Shown: one piece after another, positions 18,087 through 30,500 of the stretch
Layout: every line of letters begins with the position of its first letter
Position numbering within the stretch: position 1 is the first letter of the stretch
Source: a virus
Lineage: Duplodnaviria; Caudoviricetes
Length of the DNA stretch: 64,000 nt
Virus record (IMG/VR): IMGVR_UViG_3300012983_001373
Span: 1-64,000 of that record
Strand: one strand, 5' to 3'
Notes under the pieces: generated by a model
The model's input: only the letters and a program-made list of their open reading frames with translations
The model's database searches: none
What the model was told of the DNA's origin: nothing
Translations under genes and position numbers: made by a program

Positions 18087-21000
18087 ATGTATTATGTACC
18101 TTTACACGTCCATACATCAAGAAACAGCATAGGAGATAGCATATTAAAACTTAATGACTATATAGAAAAAGCTAAGTCATTAAACTTAAATGCATTAGCA
18201 AACACTGGTCATGGATCATTAGCCGATATGTATGACTTTTATTTTGCATGTATGGACAATAAAATAAAACCTATCATCGGTTGTGAAGTATATATAACCG
18301 AAGATATGAATGAAAAAACAAAAGATTCTAAAACATATCACATGGTTTTACTAGCAAAAGATAATGCAGGATTAAAAAACTTAATAAACATTGTTTCTGT
18401 AGCATCATTAGAAGGATTCTATAAGAAGCCTAGAATAGATTTAAACTATATAAGAGAGCATAATGAAGGATTAATATGTTTAACAGCGTGTGTCGGAGGC
18501 ATGCTTCCTAAATATATATTGAGCGGAGATGAAGAGTTAGTTGACTCTCATATAAAAGAATTAATTGAAGTGTTCGGAACTGATTTATATTTTGAATTAC
18601 AACCAGGAAACTTTGCTGAACAAGTTACTGTTAATAACAAACTAATCGAACTTTCTAATAAGCATAACATTCCTCTTGTTATAACTAATGACATTCATTA
18701 TTTAAATAGTGACGAATATAAAATACATGACTACCATGTGCGCTTAGGTAGACATATGACTTTATCAGAAAATCCTGATGAATTAATCTATGCAGATACT
18801 TGCTACTATCTTATGTCTTATGATGAATTAAAAGATAAGATGAATATGTATGATTCAAAGATAGTAGAAACAGCTTTAGCAAACACTGTTAAGATAAGTG
18901 AAGAGTGTAACGTTACAGTAGAAGTTAAGGATTTAAATCTACCAGTATTTGATTGTCCTGATGGTTATACTCCTGCACAATATATAGAACACTTATGTTT
19001 CAAACGTTTAGATGAAATCTATTTTATGCTGGACGACCCTAATGTATATATAGATAGATTATATTATGAACTCGAAACTCTTGAAGAAGTCGGCTTTACA
19101 TCTTATATGTTAATCATGTGGGACATATATAGATACGCACGCGAAGAAGGTATTCTAATGGGACCAGGACGTGGTTCAGTGAGCGGAAGTGTAGTAGCAT
19201 ATTTATTACAATTAGTAACGATTGACCCAATTAAATATAATTTATTATTTGAACGTTTCACTTCTAGATATCGTAAAGGAACTGTACCAGATATAGATAT
19301 GGATTGTCCGTCTCAATACAGAGAGAAAATGTTTAAATATGTTATAGATAAGTACGGAATAGACCATTGTGCGGCAGTTAGTACTTTTACTATGCGTAAA
19401 GCTAAGAGTGCTATAAGAGATGTGTGTAGGTTATTAGAAATAGATTTAGAAACGGCTGACAAAATAGCTAAACTAATACCTACAGTATATTATTTAGATG
19501 ATGATTCGGAAGAAGATAAGTTAGTAGACTTATCAATTGAAGAAGCATTAGAGCACGTACAAGAGCTTCGTGATTATAGAGATGTTTATCCAGAGCTATT
19601 TGAAATGGCGCAAAAACTAGAAGGATTAGAATCTAGTACTTCAATACATGCAGCGGGAACTTTAATTACTAATGCTCCTGTAATGGAATCTATGCCTATG
19701 ATAAGACAAGATAAAAAAGAATTACAGGCAACTGCATTAGAGTTAAGAGCATGTGAATCAGTTAAAGGAATCAAGTATGATTTCTTAGGATTAAACACTC
19801 TTGATATTATAATCTATTGTCAAGAATTGAGCGGCGACTATTTTGATATGGAATTTGATAAGTGCGATGATGAAAACGTGTGGAATTTAATTTCTTCTAA
19901 TAAGACTACGGGGCTATTCCAAATTGGTACAGATACTTATAAAAAGAGAATGCCTAGACTGGCTCCTAAAACTATTAATGAATTGGCAGCATGTTTAGCA
20001 TTAGTACGTGGACCTTGTATCTCTTCTGGTTCGGATGAAGTATACATGCAGATACAAGAAGGAGAACGTGAGATAGAATTAATACACCCATACTATGATA
20101 GTGTTACGAAAGACACTAACGGCGTTATGATATTCCAAGAACAATTAATGAATGTATGTGTTAATATGGGTGTAAGTATTGAACGTGGATTCCAAATAAT
20201 GAAGTTCTCTTCTAAGAAGAAGTTTGACAAACTTAAAGAGGCCTAAGACGAGTTAAGAGAACTAACTATAAATTCAATGTCCGAAGAACAATTTAAAAAA
20301 GTATTTACTATGATAGTAGACTCAGGGAAATATGCATTCAACTCTAGTCATGCTGTAGCTTATGCTATGGTCGGATATACGACAGCTTATTATAAATATT
20401 ATTATCCAAAAGAATTTATAGCATCTACTTTATCATATATTTATTTGAACGGAGGAGACGTTAAGAAACGACGCAAAAAAATAGAGGAGATATTTAATGA
20501 TGCCCGTGAACTTGGGATAAAATTCTTACCACCTGATATACAAAAATCATCTTGGAAGTTTACTATAGAAGGTGATGCAATAAGAATAGGATTATGTGCA
20601 ATAACATCTTTCAGTGAAGCAGCTTATAATGAAATACTTGATAAGTGTTTACCATTTGAATCGGATAGAAGTCTTATAGCACAGATACACGAAAAAGTGC
20701 AAAAGACTAAATGTGGAAAACGTGCATTAATACCTTTAATATTCTCTGGTGCGTTAGGAGAGAATACATTAGATATCTATAATGAGTTTTGTACTATAAG
20801 AAAAGAAGAAGCACTTGATGAAATTAAAGTGCATAATAGTTTAACAATAAAACCTGACTTAACAAGCTATGAAATAGAAGAAGCTTTATTAGAAGTGGCA
20901 TATACTAATCATCCTGCTAATAATTTTGCCAAGGTCGGATTGGATAATATAGGATTATTTAAAGAAATTAAAATGGATGCATTAGTTACAAGAGTTAAGA

Positions 21001-21185
21001 CTCATAAAGCTAAGAACGGAACTATGGCGTTTATGAGCTTTGATACAGGAGACGGAATCATAGAAGTAACAGCATTCGCTGACACTTATAAGACTAGCAA
21101 AAAATTATTAAAGAAAGGGAAAGTTATAAAAACAACTATAAAAAAAACAAATAAAGGGATAATATTTATGGGCGCTGAGGAGTAG
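18087..21185 (+). CDS. dnaE: DNA polymerase III alpha subunit with one in-frame TAA at 20244-20246 (ORF track splits it into 18087..20246 and 20277..21185)
   Basis: PHP domain (LHVH, IIGCE, TNDIHY), GPGRGS, PDIDMD catalytic motif, HAAG, KYDFLGL, FQEQ. After the TAA the same frame continues into YAFNSSHAVAYA, PPDI..S and a C-terminal OB fold. Confidence 0.9.
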
Positions 21186-21220
21186 TGCCCTTAATTAATT
21201 TCCTTGAAAGGAGAATAATT

Positions 21221-21550
21221 ATGGAAACTATGACTTTAGAACTCATACTTGTTAACGATGATAAAGAAAAACTTTTAAAGTTCTTAGAAGAAAAATGTAT
21301 ATGTTATGAAAGATATGGTTCATCCTATTCTGCTTATCTTGAAGAAGAAGCTAGATGTCAGTTAGAAAATTTCTTATATGATTATGCAGAAGGCGATGAA
21401 TTAGATGCATTAATAAGACAACATGCATCTGGATTAGCTGATGCACTTGGAGATAGCGACTACCTTATGAATGGAGATGAATTATACGATATAGTATCAG
21501 ATTACTGTAGTGAAAATGAATTACCAGGATATAGAGAGGAGGATAATTAA
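21221..21550 (+). CDS. Acidic hypothetical protein (start at ATG 21221 rather than GTG 21185)
   Basis: AAGGAG RBS precedes ATG 21221. Confidence 0.7.
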   Translation: METMTLELILVNDDKEKLLKFLEEKCICYERYGSSYSAYLEEEARCQLENFLYDYAEGDELDALIRQHASGLADALGDSDYLMNGDELYDIVSDYCSENELPGYREEDN

Positions 21551-22899
21551 TGGCTAAGCTTTATACTGCACAACAATATATAAAATCATTTACAGCATTT
21601 AAGAATCATATAACTAAATTAAAACCTTCTGACGATTTAGACAGAGCAAAACTTAGATTACTTGATTCAATAGACACAATGAGATTTTATTTAAAAGACT
21701 TACAAATGTCATTATCAAGACCTAGTAGTAGATCATTTTTAAATATGCATGACAATACTCTAACAACATTAAGAAATACAATTGAATCTGCACCAGACAT
21801 ATCTATGATAACAGCATTCGTACCGTTATTAGATGCATTAAGTACTGAAGATATAAATGATTTATATGAATATAGTTTAAACAGTTCTTGTGATGATTTA
21901 AATTATTCTGAAAGTCATATGTTTAATTTAGAAGAAAACTTATTAAAAGAGTTAAGAAATAAAATAGAGAATACGAAAATAAATGTATTCTTCCCTAATT
22001 GTGGAGATGGCTCTAATGGTAAGCATTTTGCAAATGAAAATGATATAACTTATGGGAATTCTAATAACAACATTAGAATGGCTCGTGAAAATATGACTAG
22101 GGTAATTCACGGGCCGTTAAAAGGAAGTACTATATCTAATAACTTTTTTGATGTAGTATTTGTTAACCCTAAAATTGGATATGGTGAAGCAAAAGATTAC
22201 ATGGGCATAGTCATAGAACCATGCGAAAGGATAGAAATTAAAAACTGTATTAAATATCTTAGACCAAATGGATTAATGGTCATGACTTTACCAGCTACAA
22301 GAATAGCTCCTGCTTTAGCTTTATATTTATCTAAAGTATTAACAGATGTTAAAGTTTTTAAAGTATATAGTGCATATGAAAGCAGTATGCAAAGAGTTAT
22401 TATTACAGGAATTAAAAAGGCAATGAACACAACTGTCTCAGATGAGACTATATATAAACGTTTAAAATGTTTTGATTATAATACTGCACAAGAAATAACT
22501 GAAGACGCAGGAAAATATGTTTTACCTACAGAAGAATTAGTTCTTGAATTATTTAGAGGTAGTAAATTAGATTTAGCAGATATAAAAGCTGCAATGGATT
22601 TATCTCTTATTGATAACTTTTTAGATAATCAAACACAACCTCTTGTTGTTAAAGACCAATCACCATTATTACCATTTAATATAGGTCAAGTAGGTCTAGT
22701 ATTAACTTCAGGATGTCTGGATGGTATTGTTGAAGAAATGGATGGAGTGCATCATGTTATAAAAGGTATGACTACTAAAGTAACAACAACAGTACAAGAA
22801 GACTTAGAAGATAATAAAATAAGAAGTACAGAAACAATAAATAACCAAGTTAAAATAAATGTATTCACTGCAGATGGTGAATTTATACAATTAGGATAA
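21550..22899 (+). CDS. DUF6094-like class I SAM-methyltransferase-fold protein, catalytic motif degenerate
   Basis: PNCGDG (motif I-like), FDVVFVNPKI (NPPY position), YLRPNGLMVM, and C-terminal PLLP...GQVGLVLTSG.LDG...IKG. Confidence 0.65.
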   Translation: MAKLYTAQQYIKSFTAFKNHITKLKPSDDLDRAKLRLLDSIDTMRFYLKDLQMSLSRPSSRSFLNMHDNTLTTLRNTIESAPDISMITAFVPLLDALSTEDINDLYEYSLNSSCDDLNYSESHMFNLEENLLKELRNKIENTKINVFFPNCGDGSNGKHFANENDITYGNSNNNIRMARENMTRVIHGPLKGSTISNNFFDVVFVNPKIGYGEAKDYMGIVIEPCERIEIKNCIKYLRPNGLMVMTLPATRIAPALALYLSKVLTDVKVFKVYSAYESSMQRVIITGIKKAMNTTVSDETIYKRLKCFDYNTAQEITEDAGKYVLPTEELVLELFRGSKLDLADIKAAMDLSLIDNFLDNQTQPLVVKDQSPLLPFNIGQVGLVLTSGCLDGIVEEMDGVHHVIKGMTTKVTTTVQEDLEDNKIRSTETINNQVKINVFTADGEFIQLG

Positions 22900-22914
22900 G
22901 AAAAGAAGGGTGGT

Positions 22915-25900
22915 ATGCTTATGAGCAACGCTAACACATATAGTACATTAATGCCGTTGAATGTAGGAGATATCGCTGGTGGGGCTTTATATGCCACTCA
23001 GCTATCTTATGATATATATACAAATGAATTAGTTTATATGTCCTTTGTTGGATATAAAACTGCAGTCGATAAAGTTAATGAGGCCTTAATTAAATCAAGA
23101 GACACAATAAACATTAGATGTAAATCTATATATTGTACAAAACCTAGAGGCTCTCAATATATAATGGAAACACATAAAAATGCAGATAGCGATTTAGTTC
23201 ATGCTACTGTATTTAGAAAAGACTTTACTAGAATGGATTCTAATGCAGAAGAATTTGGTTTATATCTTTACGTAAAAGAAGATGACCCTAATAAAACGGC
23301 TAGACTTAAAGAGTTACTTTATGATAAATTATATAAATATAGTTCTGTACCTTTAATAGAGGAATGGATTGATTATATATATAACTATATAACTAACAAC
23401 AGATTGTTAAGAGAAATGAGAACTATATTAAATGAAGAAACTCCAGAAGTTGAAATCTTTAAATACGTAGGGAATCAAGAGTCATTAAAGAACATCGTTC
23501 AAGAAGGTTTAAAAAGTGGAACGATAAACATTAAAGGGAATAACGACCCATCAATCTTATTGGCTGATATAGGAGGACTAAATGATTATCTATCTATCTT
23601 TGGTTCTATGTTAGCCGAAAAAATACAAAATAAATTTAAGCCTAAATTCATACCTGGTACAGATGAATATAGCAAATATATGAACAATATAGATGACTTT
23701 ATACATCATAAAGGTGTTGAATTATATCAAGCACAAATGGCAACTATACAATCTGTAGCAAACAACTGGAAATTAAATCATCATAGTTTCATAGTTGGAG
23801 AAATGGGTACAGGTAGTGAGGTATATAATATATAATTTTTAGTAATATCATAGTGAGGTGGTTAAGAATGATAAACTATGATAAAGCAAAAGAATTATAT
23901 ATACAAGGTAAAAGTTTACGAGCAATTGCTCAAGAGTTAAACATTAATAGGAAATTATTATCTAAGAAACTAAAAGAAGAAGGAATTATAATCAGAGATC
24001 CTAATAAAAATGTTATGGCAAAGTCTATAAGAAAACATCCTTTAAATGAATCAGTTTTTGAAACTATTGACACAGAAGAAAAAGCTTATTGGTTGGGCTT
24101 TTTATATGCTGATGGATATATAAGCGAAGACAGAGGGAGTATAGAATTGTCTTTAGCCGAATATGATTTAATGCATATAGAAAAATTTAAAGCTTTTCTT
24201 AATTGTGATAACGAAATAAAATATCGACCAAATACTAAAGCTTATAGATTAGTAGTGTATTCAAAAAAGATAACTGATGATTTAGTTCGTTTAGGATGCT
24301 TTCAAGCTAAATCTTTACTTTTAAGATTTCCAAATGAATCACAAGTACCTACTCATTTAATCCATCATTTTATGAGAGGTTATTTTGATGGAGATGGTTG
24401 TATAGTTTATTCAAAATCAAATAAAGGAAAATCTTATCAACTTAGATTCAGTGTTATAGGCACAAAAGAATTCTTAGATGATTATGAAAATTTACTTTTA
24501 ATTAATATGAATAAAGCAAAAGCAAATAAAAGAATTCCTCAAGGAAATGCTTATGCTATTAGATATTCTGGGAATAAACAAAACAAATGTATTTTTAATT
24601 TCTTATATAATAATGCAACTATTTACCTTGATAGAAAATATACCAAATTCATTGCCGTCTTAGGACAAGAAGAGGATGATAAGGAGTCCTAAGATAATTA
24701 GTGCGGAATTAAGCGGGGAAGCGGGTGTATAATATACCGTAATCCGAACCGAAGGCTAGAAGTAAAGCTCTAGTCAGGGGCAACGCATAGTAGGTGAACC
24801 TCTTAATTGAGAATATAATCCTGCCACGAGGCCGCACCACGTACCTCTTTACGTGAAAAGATATGCTGAACTAGTCTGTAATGGACTAGAAGTACGGATA
24901 AAAAGCCGTGCGATAACAAAATTGAAGACGATACAATCGGGTGCAGCTTGTTATGTTCATAATGCTAATAAAAACAGAGGCTTTAATGCAATGATAATGT
25001 GTCCTTCACATCTAGTTGAAAAATGGAAATCTGAAATGGAAAAATATGTTCCTAATGCTAAAGGATACATTATACACAATTTAGATGAATTATTAGAGTT
25101 AGAAAACAAATTAAGAAATAGAAACAGAATAGAAAACATGTTCATCATAATGAGTAAAGAAATAGCTAAACTTGGATTTGATGAAAGACCTGCAGTTGTA
25201 TGGTCTAAATCTAAAAGATGTTTTGTTTGTCCTGAATGTGGACAGCCAGTATTCAAAATAGAAAATAGACAACAACCATATAGCAGAAGAAAAGTAAAAG
25301 TTAAAGTTAATTTAACTGAAGAAGATTTCGTAAAACAATTTGCTCACAATATGAAATGTGCTAACACTGTAAAAGTTTGGGACAAAGAAAAGAAACAACA
25401 CGTTGAAAGAACTTGTGGCGCTAATTTATGGACAGCTCTTAATAGAGATGACCAAACTCACGGATGGATAAAATTAGGTGAAGCTGGTTGGATTAGAATG
25501 GAGCATATACTTGATTTAACTGAAAAGTATATGAGCAAAGATAAACTTGATAAGAAAGAAACTGCTTTATTTAATAAATTATTTGACCAATATACATTCT
25601 TTCAAGAACATGGATATTTTAATATAACTTATAAAGGACCTAAGAAATATCCTATAGCTAATTATATACACGAAAGAATGCCTAAAGTATTTGATTATTT
25701 ATTATTAGATGAAGCACACTTATTAATGAATAATTCATTACAAGGACATGCAGCACATCTTCTAATGAGAGCAGCAGAGCACACAGCTTTATTAACTGGT
25801 ACTCTTTTAAATGGTTATGCATCTAATATATTCTATACTTTATTCAGAGTATGTCCTAATATAATGATTCAAGAAGGATTTAGATATGAAGATGAAATGG

Positions 25901-27102
25901 AATTCGCCAGAATATTTGGTGTTACATCTAGAGAATCTACACTTGAAATCTCAAGAGGTAGAGCTAGTACAGTCGGCTCTGCAAGAGAAAAGAAACTACC
26001 TGGTGTAAGTCCATTGATATTTACTAAGTTCTTATTAAATCTAACTGCATTTATAACTCTTGACCAAATGACAGAAGGACTACCTGATTATGAAGAAATA
26101 CCAATAGGAATAGAAATGGATGCACAAACAGCACAAGGATATCAACAAATAAAAGACTTCTTCAGTCAAAGGGTTGGAGGCTTTAATGGACAAACTAAAA
26201 AGATAATGAGTTCTATGATAAAACTTATGACTCAATATCCAGACGCTCCTCACTGTAAAAGATATGTATTAAATCCTGATACAGGAGATGTTGAATATGA
26301 ATCTGTGCCACTTGAAAAACAAATAAGAAATAAAGAAGAAAAACTACTTGAAATAATACAAGAGAAGTTAGCCAACGGCGAAAAAGTTCTTGTTTATTAT
26401 AACACAGTTAATACTACTGACTTAGGAGAACACTTATGTTCTTATCTTGCTTCTGAAGATATAAAAGCATTTGAATTAAAAGCATCTGTTAAAGCAGAAA
26501 AACGTATGGAATATATCAATAAAGAAGTTTCTAAAGGTGCTCAAGTAATGATAACTAACCCTAGTTTAGTAGAAACAGGATTAGACTTATTAGAATTTAC
26601 TACAATAGTATTCTTCCAAATAGGTTATAACTTATCTACTATGAGACAAGCATCAAGAAGAAGTTGGAGATTATCTCAAACTAAAGACATACAAGTTTAC
26701 TTCTTCTATTATTATCAAACTATACAAGAACAAGCATTATCATTAATGGCAACTAAACTTCAAGCAGCACAAACTATAGAAGGTAACTTCTCTGAAGAAG
26801 GTCTTAAAGCTATGTCTAATAACGAAGACATGCTTACTCAAATTGCTAACAATGTTGTTGACGGAATCAGACAAGTAGTTGATCTTGACGCATTTAAATC
26901 TGCTCGTTATGTTAAAGAACAATCTAACTCTGTTAGAGAACATAATAAACAATTATCTCAATTACAAATTAAAATGGACAGCAATGGTAAGAGATTAATA
27001 TTTAATGAAAAATCTGATGAACTAGTTTCTAATAAGAATGCTCAAGTTAATAATTCACTAAATTTAAACAGTAAGTCTTTATTAGCATTATTAAATAGAT
27101 AG
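22915..27102 (+). CDS. Large SNF2-family helicase (~1025 aa spliced), interrupted by a group I intron (exons 22915..23814 and 24925..27102)
   Basis: Splicing restores Walker A GEMGTG|KT. Then MCPSHLVEKW, LDEAH, LTGT, ETGLDL and RQASRRSWR. Confidence 0.88.
23815..24924 (+). ncRNA. Group I self-splicing intron carrying a LAGLIDADG endonuclease
   Basis: Exon GGU^AGUG pairs with IGS CAUUGCC (24650-24656), giving the U.G wobble at the splice site. P3 GTGCGG 24701-24706 / CCGCAC 24832-24837; P7 GCATA 24785-24789 / TATGC 24862-24866; terminal G at 24924. Confidence 0.9.
23868..24692 (+). CDS. Intron-encoded double-motif LAGLIDADG homing endonuclease with N-terminal HTH
   Basis: AYWLGFLYADG and HFMRGYFDGDG motifs; GKSLRAIAQELNI HTH; ATG 23868 follows GAGGTGG. 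Confidence 0.88.
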   Translation: MINYDKAKELYIQGKSLRAIAQELNINRKLLSKKLKEEGIIIRDPNKNVMAKSIRKHPLNESVFETIDTEEKAYWLGFLYADGYISEDRGSIELSLAEYDLMHIEKFKAFLNCDNEIKYRPNTKAYRLVVYSKKITDDLVRLGCFQAKSLLLRFPNESQVPTHLIHHFMRGYFDGDGCIVYSKSNKGKSYQLRFSVIGTKEFLDDYENLLLINMNKAKANKRIPQGNAYAIRYSGNKQNKCIFNFLYNNATIYLDRKYTKFIAVLGQEEDDKES

Positions 27103-27109
27103 GAATTCT

Positions 27110-27164
27110 GCACCCTTTTCCTCAGTAATAACGTATTGATTAAAAAGAAAGGGGTGCTTTTTTT
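27110..27164 (+). promoter_or_regulatory. 11-bp hairpin (terminator-like) whose 3' arm is the RBS of the next gene and whose loop holds a candidate late promoter
   Basis: GCACCCTTTTC 27110-27120 pairs with GAAAGGGGTGC 27147-27157, followed by T7 and ATG 27165; AGTAATAACGTA in the loop. Confidence 0.6.
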
Positions 27165-27527
27165 ATGGCTTTAATTTTAAAAAGAATTACATGGCCTTAT
27201 GAATGTGTAAGATGCTGTGTAACAGGTAAGCTTATAACTTATGGCGAAGAGTATTACTGGGACCCACAAGATAATTTTATAGTAGATTTTAATTATTATT
27301 ATGATACTCAATTAGAAAAAAAGAGACAAGCAGAAATGTGGAGAGTGGAAGAAGCCTCAAGCATGCTTTCATATAAACAACAAATGTTAGCAGCAGAAAG
27401 AGATTTCTTAAATCAAACTATGTTTGACAGAGAGATATATGACCCTGCAAAACATGGACCATTAAATGAATATCTAGAGAAGGAAAGATATGGAGAGCCT
27501 CCTGTTCAGAAGAAAGGAGGAAGATAG
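27165..27527 (+). CDS. Hypothetical protein with N-terminal Cys motif
   Basis: ORF abutting the large hydrolase gene. Confidence 0.7.
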   Translation: MALILKRITWPYECVRCCVTGKLITYGEEYYWDPQDNFIVDFNYYYDTQLEKKRQAEMWRVEEASSMLSYKQQMLAAERDFLNQTMFDREIYDPAKHGPLNEYLEKERYGEPPVQKKGGR

Positions 27528-30500
27528 ATGGCATTGCAAGTTACTAAAAAACTATTATCATCTTCATTAGATGGTTCTCATTATAGTTCTAAATCTCAGA
27601 CTCAACTTTGGATAGTTATTCATAATACTGGAGGAGGAACAGCTACCTCTGCTTACAACTGGTTTAATAGTCCATCTAATCCATATAAAACATCTGCACA
27701 TTATTGTGTTGATGATACTCAAATTATACAATGTCTAGAAGACAACTGGAAAGGACATCATGCTGGTGGTAGCGGCGTCAAATATAATGATAAGTATAGA
27801 CCTAGTAATTCTGAAGAATGTACTAACTCAAACTCTATAGGTATAGAAGTAGCTGACTGGGGAGGAAGCTACACTTCAGAACAATTTAGTAAGTCAGTAG
27901 AGAATGCAATAGATTTAACTATATCATTAATGAAAAAATATAATATAGATGTTAACCATGTTATTAGACATGGTGATACTCAAAATAAAGATTGTCCTTA
28001 CTATATAAATACAAAAGAAAATAAATGGGGATATTTTAAAGAGCAACTAGCTAACAGAACAGGTGGACAAATAATAGAAAATCCTAATCCATCAGACCCT
28101 AGTTCTGGTGGTGGTTCTGATCCTGGTAGTGGTTATTCACCTACTACTGGTGGCGGCTTCGTTAATACCAACCCTTATTGGCACGATTATTGGAATGATT
28201 CATATGATATACTTCCTAATGTAGACCATAGACCTAATATAGCTAATATGGATGAAGTAAAAGGAGCTTGTTTAATTTTCTTACCTCCATATAATGCATG
28301 TGATTATAGCAATATGAAAGACCATTTTAAAAAATTAAACTGGGATAAGAAATATCATTATGTAATTAAACCCGTTAAACATAGTGACAATCAACCTACA
28401 GTAACAGAAAAAAAAGAGGAAGAATCAACATCTGCTTCTCCAACACCAGAAGAAGATAATTCTATATCTATCAAAGGTGGTTTTGAAAAAGTCGGAGACA
28501 GATTATTACAATGTCATTCTTTAAATGATAATGATAAAGTAACATATATCAGTAGATCATTGTTTAAAAGCAAACCAGAGAAACATCTAATAATGATAGC
28601 TTGTTTCATACCTCCTCAAGACGAACTAGATAAATTAGGTTATGGATTTGATATTGTTGAGCAAAATATAATCAACAGTACTGCACAAATCCTTTGGGAG
28701 AATGGTTTAAAAACAGAACAGCTATGGCGTGAATTCGATTTAAATAGATCAGCATCTCCATTAATTTATTTAGAGAGAACTCGTTGGTTAAAATTATTAG
28801 AGCAAATAGATAAACAATTAGAATGGATGAATAAATCTTATGGAGAAGTTACTGCAACATATACTCCATATGTAGCTACAGTACAAGAGATAACAGGTAT
28901 AGATATAGGTGTACCTGGTGGTTATGTAGGAAGTCCAGGTTCAGGTACTCCATCAGATCCTGATGATGGCTCTAATCCTGATATAGGAGGTATCTCTGAT
29001 ACTGCCAAAGCTGTTTGGACATTCTTTACAGGTAAAGGATTTACACAAGAATGTACTGCAGGTATAATGGGTAATTTACAACAAGAATCAGGTATGGACC
29101 CTACCAAATATCAATCTGGTGGAGGAGTAGGGCGTGGTATATGTCAATGGACAGTTGGCTCTGATAGATTTAAAAATCTAGAAGCGCATGCTAAGAGCAA
29201 TGGAAAAGACTGGAAAGATTTACAATCACAATTAGAATTTTTAGATTTAGAATTACAAGGAAAAGATCCTACAACAAAAAGTTATTTACAAAAATATGTT
29301 GGAGGATATGATAATTTTAAAAAACTAACTGATGTTAAACAAGCCTGTAAAGTTTTTGAAGACTCTTTTGAAAGAGCTGGAAAACCTATGATGGAAAAAC
29401 GTTATGCATACGCAGAAGAGTTTTATAATAAATTTAAAGGCAGTTCATCAACACAAACTGCATCTGTATATTATAGAGCAACTCTTAATACTCCTACTTG
29501 TGTTATGGCAGAAAACTTTTCTATACAACCTAGAGCAGGTGCAGATAAATTAGCATGGCCAGTTCCAGGACATAATGTAGGCTCTAGTTCAGGTTCTAAA
29601 TTCGGTATGCGTCTTCATCCTATTAAAAAAGTAATGAAAATGCACAACGGTATAGATATACCTGCTCCTAGTGGAACTGCTATCTTTACTCCTTTAGGAG
29701 GAACTGTTACTACTAATGCTTATCAAGCTGGTGGTGCAGGAAACTATATAAAAATAGACCATGGTAATGGACTTACAACTGTTTATATGCATATGGTTGA
29801 AAAAAGTCCTTGCGCCAAAGGTTCTACTGTAAAAGCTGGACAACAAGTAGGTAAAGTAGGGACTACAGGTGGTAGTACAGGAAACCATTTACATTTTGAA
29901 GTACATGAGAATGGTAAAGCTGTTGACCCATTAAGCTATACATCATACGGAGTTGAAAAAGGAACTCTAGACGGTAGTGAAATAATTCAATCAGGAGGAG
30001 GAGACCATAGTACTCCAGGAGAAAATGGGTCAGGAAACAATAACAGTGGATGGACTGGTTCTGATGAAGGAGTTGTTATAGATCCTTCTTCATTAGTTTA
30101 TTCAACTGCTGGAAATATAGTTAATCCTGGACCAGCAGGTGCTTTTGACGGAAGTCTTAACAGTATGGGTGGATTAAGCCACGAAGACTGGGGAGGAAAA
30201 ACTACTTATAAAAAAGGAGATGCTTCAAACCCTAGTGCGGCTAAACCTAAAATGACAACTATTGTATCTAAAGAAGACTATAAAGAATTTTGCGACGCTT
30301 TCTTTACTGGTTATGAAGTCGATGAAAATAATGAAATAATTCAAACATATGACTTCAGAAACTATTGGAAACTTGTAGACCTATATGTAAGTGAACATGA
30401 ACCATATGATAAAGGATTAGTTGATGCTGTATATGCAACAGTACAACCTAATGATAGATTAGAAAGCTTAACTAAAAACTTTACGACTGTAAATGAAAAT

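Noticed and set aside
20244-20246. Alternative genetic code (stop-codon reassignment)
   Set aside because: TAA, TAG and TGA all terminate well-defined genes in the window; only one internal stop was seen and the tRNA is not a suppressor.
21167-21195. GTGCCCTTAA repeated at 2778 and 21185 upstream of RBSs
   Set aside because: Only two copies, in different hairpin contexts (at 21185 it is the 3' arm of a GGGCGCT/AGTGCCC stem ending dnaE); probably coincidental.
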